The translations under genes and the position numbers were made by a program. Source: Promethearchaeota archaeon (GTDB lineage: Archaea > Asgardarchaeota > Thorarchaeia > Thorarchaeales > Thorarchaeaceae). From it: a stretch of DNA of 30,808 bases. The notes under the pieces are model-generated. The model was not told the DNA's origin. It ran no database searches and worked only from the letters and a program-made list of their open reading frames with translations. The stretch's first letter is position 1; each line of letters starts with the position of its first letter. This document shows positions 27,645 to 30,808 of this stretch, piece by piece. The stretch covers positions 30,184 through 60,991 of the forward strand of contig JALVPN010000211.1 in assembly GCA_027031765.1 (NCBI GenBank), given 5' to 3'.

Positions 27645-27809
27645 GTGAGAACAACCCCGACCACCGACTGGGTGAAGATGCTAATAACCCCAACGGCGGG
27701 CGCGATGTCCACGGCACACCCCGGACCAGCAGGACACACACTGGACCAGCGACCGGCACCCGGGCGCATGGTCGCACCCGGTCGGTGAAACACCTGTCAT
27801 GACGGGCTA

Positions 27810-28766
27810 CTACCACCACTCGTCAGCAGCTGTGGACTCACGCTCTCCTGTCCGTTCCAGCAGGTCCTTGTACAGGACAACGCGGAACACGGGGGCTATT
27901 GGACTCAGGAGGAGGGCCGAGACCATGTTTGGGAGGACCAGCCCGATGGGGCCGAGGAGGACGAGGAACCCGGCCATCGCCATCGCGAGGACGTATGACA
28001 GGACGAGCAGCAACAGGGACACCAGCAGGTGGGCCCCGAGGACATGGAAGAACGAGCCCTTTGTGAGGTCAAAGGAGCGCTGGACTGCCTGGGTGGGCGA
28101 AACGCTCTCTGCAACCACCACCACCGTGGCAACGGTCGTACGCACGTAAAAGAACAGGACGATGAGGCTGACAACGATGAGGACCGAAAGACCGTACAGG
28201 AGTGGGCCGATATCGGAGGGTGTAGGCGTGGTCGCGGGCTCGGTCGCCTGGACGAATACGAGGGAGGGCACCATCAGCACAGCCACGACCAGACCAATGA
28301 TTGCCTGGACTACAGCTACTGGGACGAGCCTTGTGAGGCCTGTCGAGAGAGCGGCCCCGGCATCGCGTCCCTCAGAGGTGTAGTCACGCAGAGCGAAGGC
28401 CAGAGTGGCTGCCTCGGCACCGGCAAGCATGACAATTCCCCCGACCGTCAGGACAACGAGGACTGCAAGATATACGGTCGTCGATGCGGTCACCTGACCA
28501 CTCAACACGTCAGTGAGGACTGTGGAGATCAGCGAGGACGGGTCGGGGCCGACAGTGGCGTAGGAGGCGATGGCACTGCTCCCGAAGAACGCGACCACCA
28601 CGACCAGCCTTACAAGTACGAAGAGCAGGGCGTATAGGCCGAAGAGTGCCATGTAGATATAGATGGGCCCGCGCCACCAGACAGAGAGCCCACGTGTAAC
28701 AACTCCCACTGTAGACAGTCTGAACTGCCCGGCTGTGCTCCCGGGCGCTTCCTCTTCAAGTGCCAA
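27810..28766 (-). CDS. Multi-pass membrane protein (same family), paralog 2
   Basis: AVQRSFDLTKGSFFHVLG motif; ends ADEWW. TTG start at 28766 after GGAGGT. Confidence 0.88.
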   Translation of the reverse strand: MALEEEAPGSTAGQFRLSTVGVVTRGLSVWWRGPIYIYMALFGLYALLFVLVRLVVVVAFFGSSAIASYATVGPDPSSLISTVLTDVLSGQVTASTTVYLAVLVVLTVGGIVMLAGAEAATLAFALRDYTSEGRDAGAALSTGLTRLVPVAVVQAIIGLVVAVLMVPSLVFVQATEPATTPTPSDIGPLLYGLSVLIVVSLIVLFFYVRTTVATVVVVAESVSPTQAVQRSFDLTKGSFFHVLGAHLLVSLLLLVLSYVLAMAMAGFLVLLGPIGLVLPNMVSALLLSPIAPVFRVVLYKDLLERTGERESTAADEWW

Positions 28767-28864
28767 GACATGACCTCCAAGCACACGGTGCCACGACTGC
28801 GCCCCTTATCTTTCCTGCGGACTGCACACCCACGACACATGACCGGGCGCACCGAGGTGCTACA

Positions 28865-30457
28865 TCAAGAGGGACGTGGGCGCACATCACAGACCTCCAT
28901 GAACTTCATGCCACCCGCCCGTTCAAGCAGCTCCTCAAAGCCCATGATGAACACACGCGGTGTGACCTCCGTGCTGTTCTTCGTGATGCGCTGGATCTCG
29001 CGGATGAGGCCGGTGTAGTCCCCGTTGGGAGGGCCCTTTGGAGCAACGTACAGGTTCAGGACATCCATACTGTAAGGGTCGTGCATGTCCTCCTTTGCAA
29101 TCTCAATCTGGAGCTCCTCGATGGCATCGAGGGCGAGCAGGTCTGTCCGGAGTGCCGAGAGGTTCACTGTGGCACCCTTGACCTTCTTCTCACTGATGCC
29201 CATGACCTCCATCTGCGCCTGTGCGTCGTTCGTGCGGCCAATGTCCCAGAAGAAGGGCCCATCAAGGCCGCAGTGTGGACACTTTCCGAGCTCGTACTTT
29301 GAGCTCACGTCACCCAGCAGGAAGCCCTCGAAGACCGTGCCGGTACCATCGAGGTGGAAAAGGACCACATGTCCGCCCTCGCCTTCACTGACAAAGTCGT
29401 ACGTGCCATCATCATTGAACCTGACGAACTCCCATGACATCATGAGCGGCGACACGCTGTGGTATGGCCCCTCGTAGTTGCACTGGACAGCAAAGCTGAA
29501 CTTGCTCTCCGAGGACGCGTATCCGCCAATGACCCGCACCTCCCGCGCGCCCTTTTCCATGAGCGTCTCGCGGATGTCGTCGGCAACACGCGGGTAGATC
29601 TTCTCGCCAGCAAGGAGGACGACCACTCTCTCGGGGGCCTCATAGTCTGAGGTTGCCATTGTGCGGAAGAACCTGTTGCGCATGTAGCTCGGCATGCCTG
29701 CAAAGCCGTTGACCTTGAACACCTTGGCCAGCTCCACCAGCTTCTCGGTGGGAATTGCACCACCAGCGCTGGTAGCAACGTAGAACTTGCTCATCTGGCG
29801 CAGCCCCAGGTTCACCGCGTGCCACCCGAGGTGCGGCGCGTAGGGGAAGAGGTTCATGCTCACCATCTCCCAGCCCTTTTTGGCCCACGGGTCTATGGCG
29901 AGCTGTCCGACCTTCACACAGTTCCTCTTGAGGAGGTCGTGGTCATACCGGGTCAGGAACACCGGGCTGGGCAGCCCGGACGCGCGGCCGGAGCTGAGCC
30001 AGAACTGCAATGGTGAATAGGTGTAGGTCATGAAGTCACGCAGCCGGGCCATGGCAGCATCGGCGCCAAGTCCGAGCTTCACGCGGAGGCCATTGTTCCT
30101 GATGAAGCGGTAGTCGTTGTCCCGGCCCACTTCCTTCGTATAGTCCATGAGACCCCTGATTATGTCTGCGGGTTCCCGGGGACTGCCGTCCACTTCAGAG
30201 GGGTTGAGTACAAACTCGCGCAGGTTGTCCTTGTAGTCGCTCTTCCTGACAAGGGGGATGTTGTAACGTGCCCAGTCCTCAATCTGTGTGATGTCATATG
30301 GGTCAATGCCGTGCTCCTTGAAGAGCCGCCGGTAGTACGGGTGGTTGGGCCAGACCTGGTACCTGATGAACGCCCGGAACTTGCGCTGCTGAAGCTCGCG
30401 TATCTCACGGTGGTCTGTACGCTTCAGCTCTTCAAACGTAAAGGTGGTACGTGTCAT
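28865..30457 (-). CDS. Phenylacetate-CoA ligase (PaaK)-like adenylate-forming enzyme
   Basis: ELQQRKFR...HPYYRRLFKEHGIDP..I..IED...IPLVRKSDY; loop SSGRASGLP; AGEK, GYASSE, GDV and KVKGATV motifs. Start taken as the ATG at 30457. Confidence 0.85.
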   Translation of the reverse strand: MTRTTFTFEELKRTDHREIRELQQRKFRAFIRYQVWPNHPYYRRLFKEHGIDPYDITQIEDWARYNIPLVRKSDYKDNLREFVLNPSEVDGSPREPADIIRGLMDYTKEVGRDNDYRFIRNNGLRVKLGLGADAAMARLRDFMTYTYSPLQFWLSSGRASGLPSPVFLTRYDHDLLKRNCVKVGQLAIDPWAKKGWEMVSMNLFPYAPHLGWHAVNLGLRQMSKFYVATSAGGAIPTEKLVELAKVFKVNGFAGMPSYMRNRFFRTMATSDYEAPERVVVLLAGEKIYPRVADDIRETLMEKGAREVRVIGGYASSESKFSFAVQCNYEGPYHSVSPLMMSWEFVRFNDDGTYDFVSEGEGGHVVLFHLDGTGTVFEGFLLGDVSSKYELGKCPHCGLDGPFFWDIGRTNDAQAQMEVMGISEKKVKGATVNLSALRTDLLALDAIEELQIEIAKEDMHDPYSMDVLNLYVAPKGPPNGDYTGLIREIQRITKNSTEVTPRVFIMGFEELLERAGGMKFMEVCDVRPRPS

Positions 30458-30643
30458 ACTAGGCCTCCGGAGGGGAGATTGCAAGGGGTGACTGACCGGG
30501 CATACAAATAATAAGAATTACGAGCACTCGCCGGCCCGAGGACACTGCAGAGGACCAGTATAGGTTTCAGAAAGCCATAATAGTATCAACACCCAAACAA
30601 CCCGTGCAGCTTGGCCGAGTGGAACCGCACGGAGTGAGCCCCA

Positions 30644-30808
30644 TTGTCAGCAACAGATGAGAAGCTTCAGAGAGGAATCATAGAGCTTGAGAAAGGGAAC
30701 GACAAGAAGGCCTTCGGATACTTTAAGGACGTCTTTGAGGCGCGGCAGGAGCGACTACTGAGGAACGTGCAGGAGAACCCCAAGTCGCCAACGCTCATGC
30801 TCGACGCA
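30644..30808 (+). CDS. 5' part of a helical (TPR-like) protein, running off the window
   Basis: TTG after GGAGTGAG; open to the window end: MSATDEKLQRGIIELEKGNDKKAFGYFKDVFEARQERLLRNVQENPKSPTLMLDA. Confidence 0.7.
   Translation, partial: MSATDEKLQRGIIELEKGNDKKAFGYFKDVFEARQERLLRNVQENPKSPTLMLDA

Noticed and set aside
1-30808. tRNA, rRNA, CRISPR array, transposase/integrase, diversity-generating retroelement, Sec/Pyl read-through
   Set aside because: No T-loop or cloverleaf motifs, spaced direct repeats, DDE/tyrosine recombinase or reverse transcriptase motifs seen. The dppC identity patch shows no adenine-specific variation, and no in-frame stop interrupts a recognisable gene.

Overview
A gene-dense, GC-rich (roughly 58-60% by eye) archaeal chromosomal segment. 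GGAGG/GAGGTG ribosome-binding sites, TATA-like boxes, frequent TTG/GTG starts and an E2F/DP-like gene suggest an Asgard archaeon, possibly Thorarchaeia (inference). Contents in order: a truncated DppC/OppC permease paralog; a surface-anchored VIT-vWA (ITIH-like) protein; dppB and dppC; a small membrane protein; a lower-GC radical SAM gene with a wHTH-like N-terminal extension; dppD and dppF; a hypothetical protein; DUF92; an ECF S-component; an SPFH-SPFH-NfeD cluster; an 886-aa protein combining an inactive-looking amidohydrolase barrel, a CDC48 N-domain-like region and a vWA-like domain, next to a HEAT-repeat protein with four small helical repeats; a CPBP/CAAX protease; a cyclophilin-like protein; an E2F/DP-like transcription factor; a cDPGS/ArcE-like P-loop protein; two paralogous membrane proteins that both end in ADEWW; a PaaK-like ligase; and the start of a helical protein. 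I saw no tRNA, rRNA, CRISPR array or transposase. The most notable items are the E2F/DP-like gene with E2F-like motifs upstream, the HEAT plus amidohydrolase-CDC48N-vWA pair, and the wHTH-radical SAM fusion. All domain calls come from motif recognition by eye, not from database searches.
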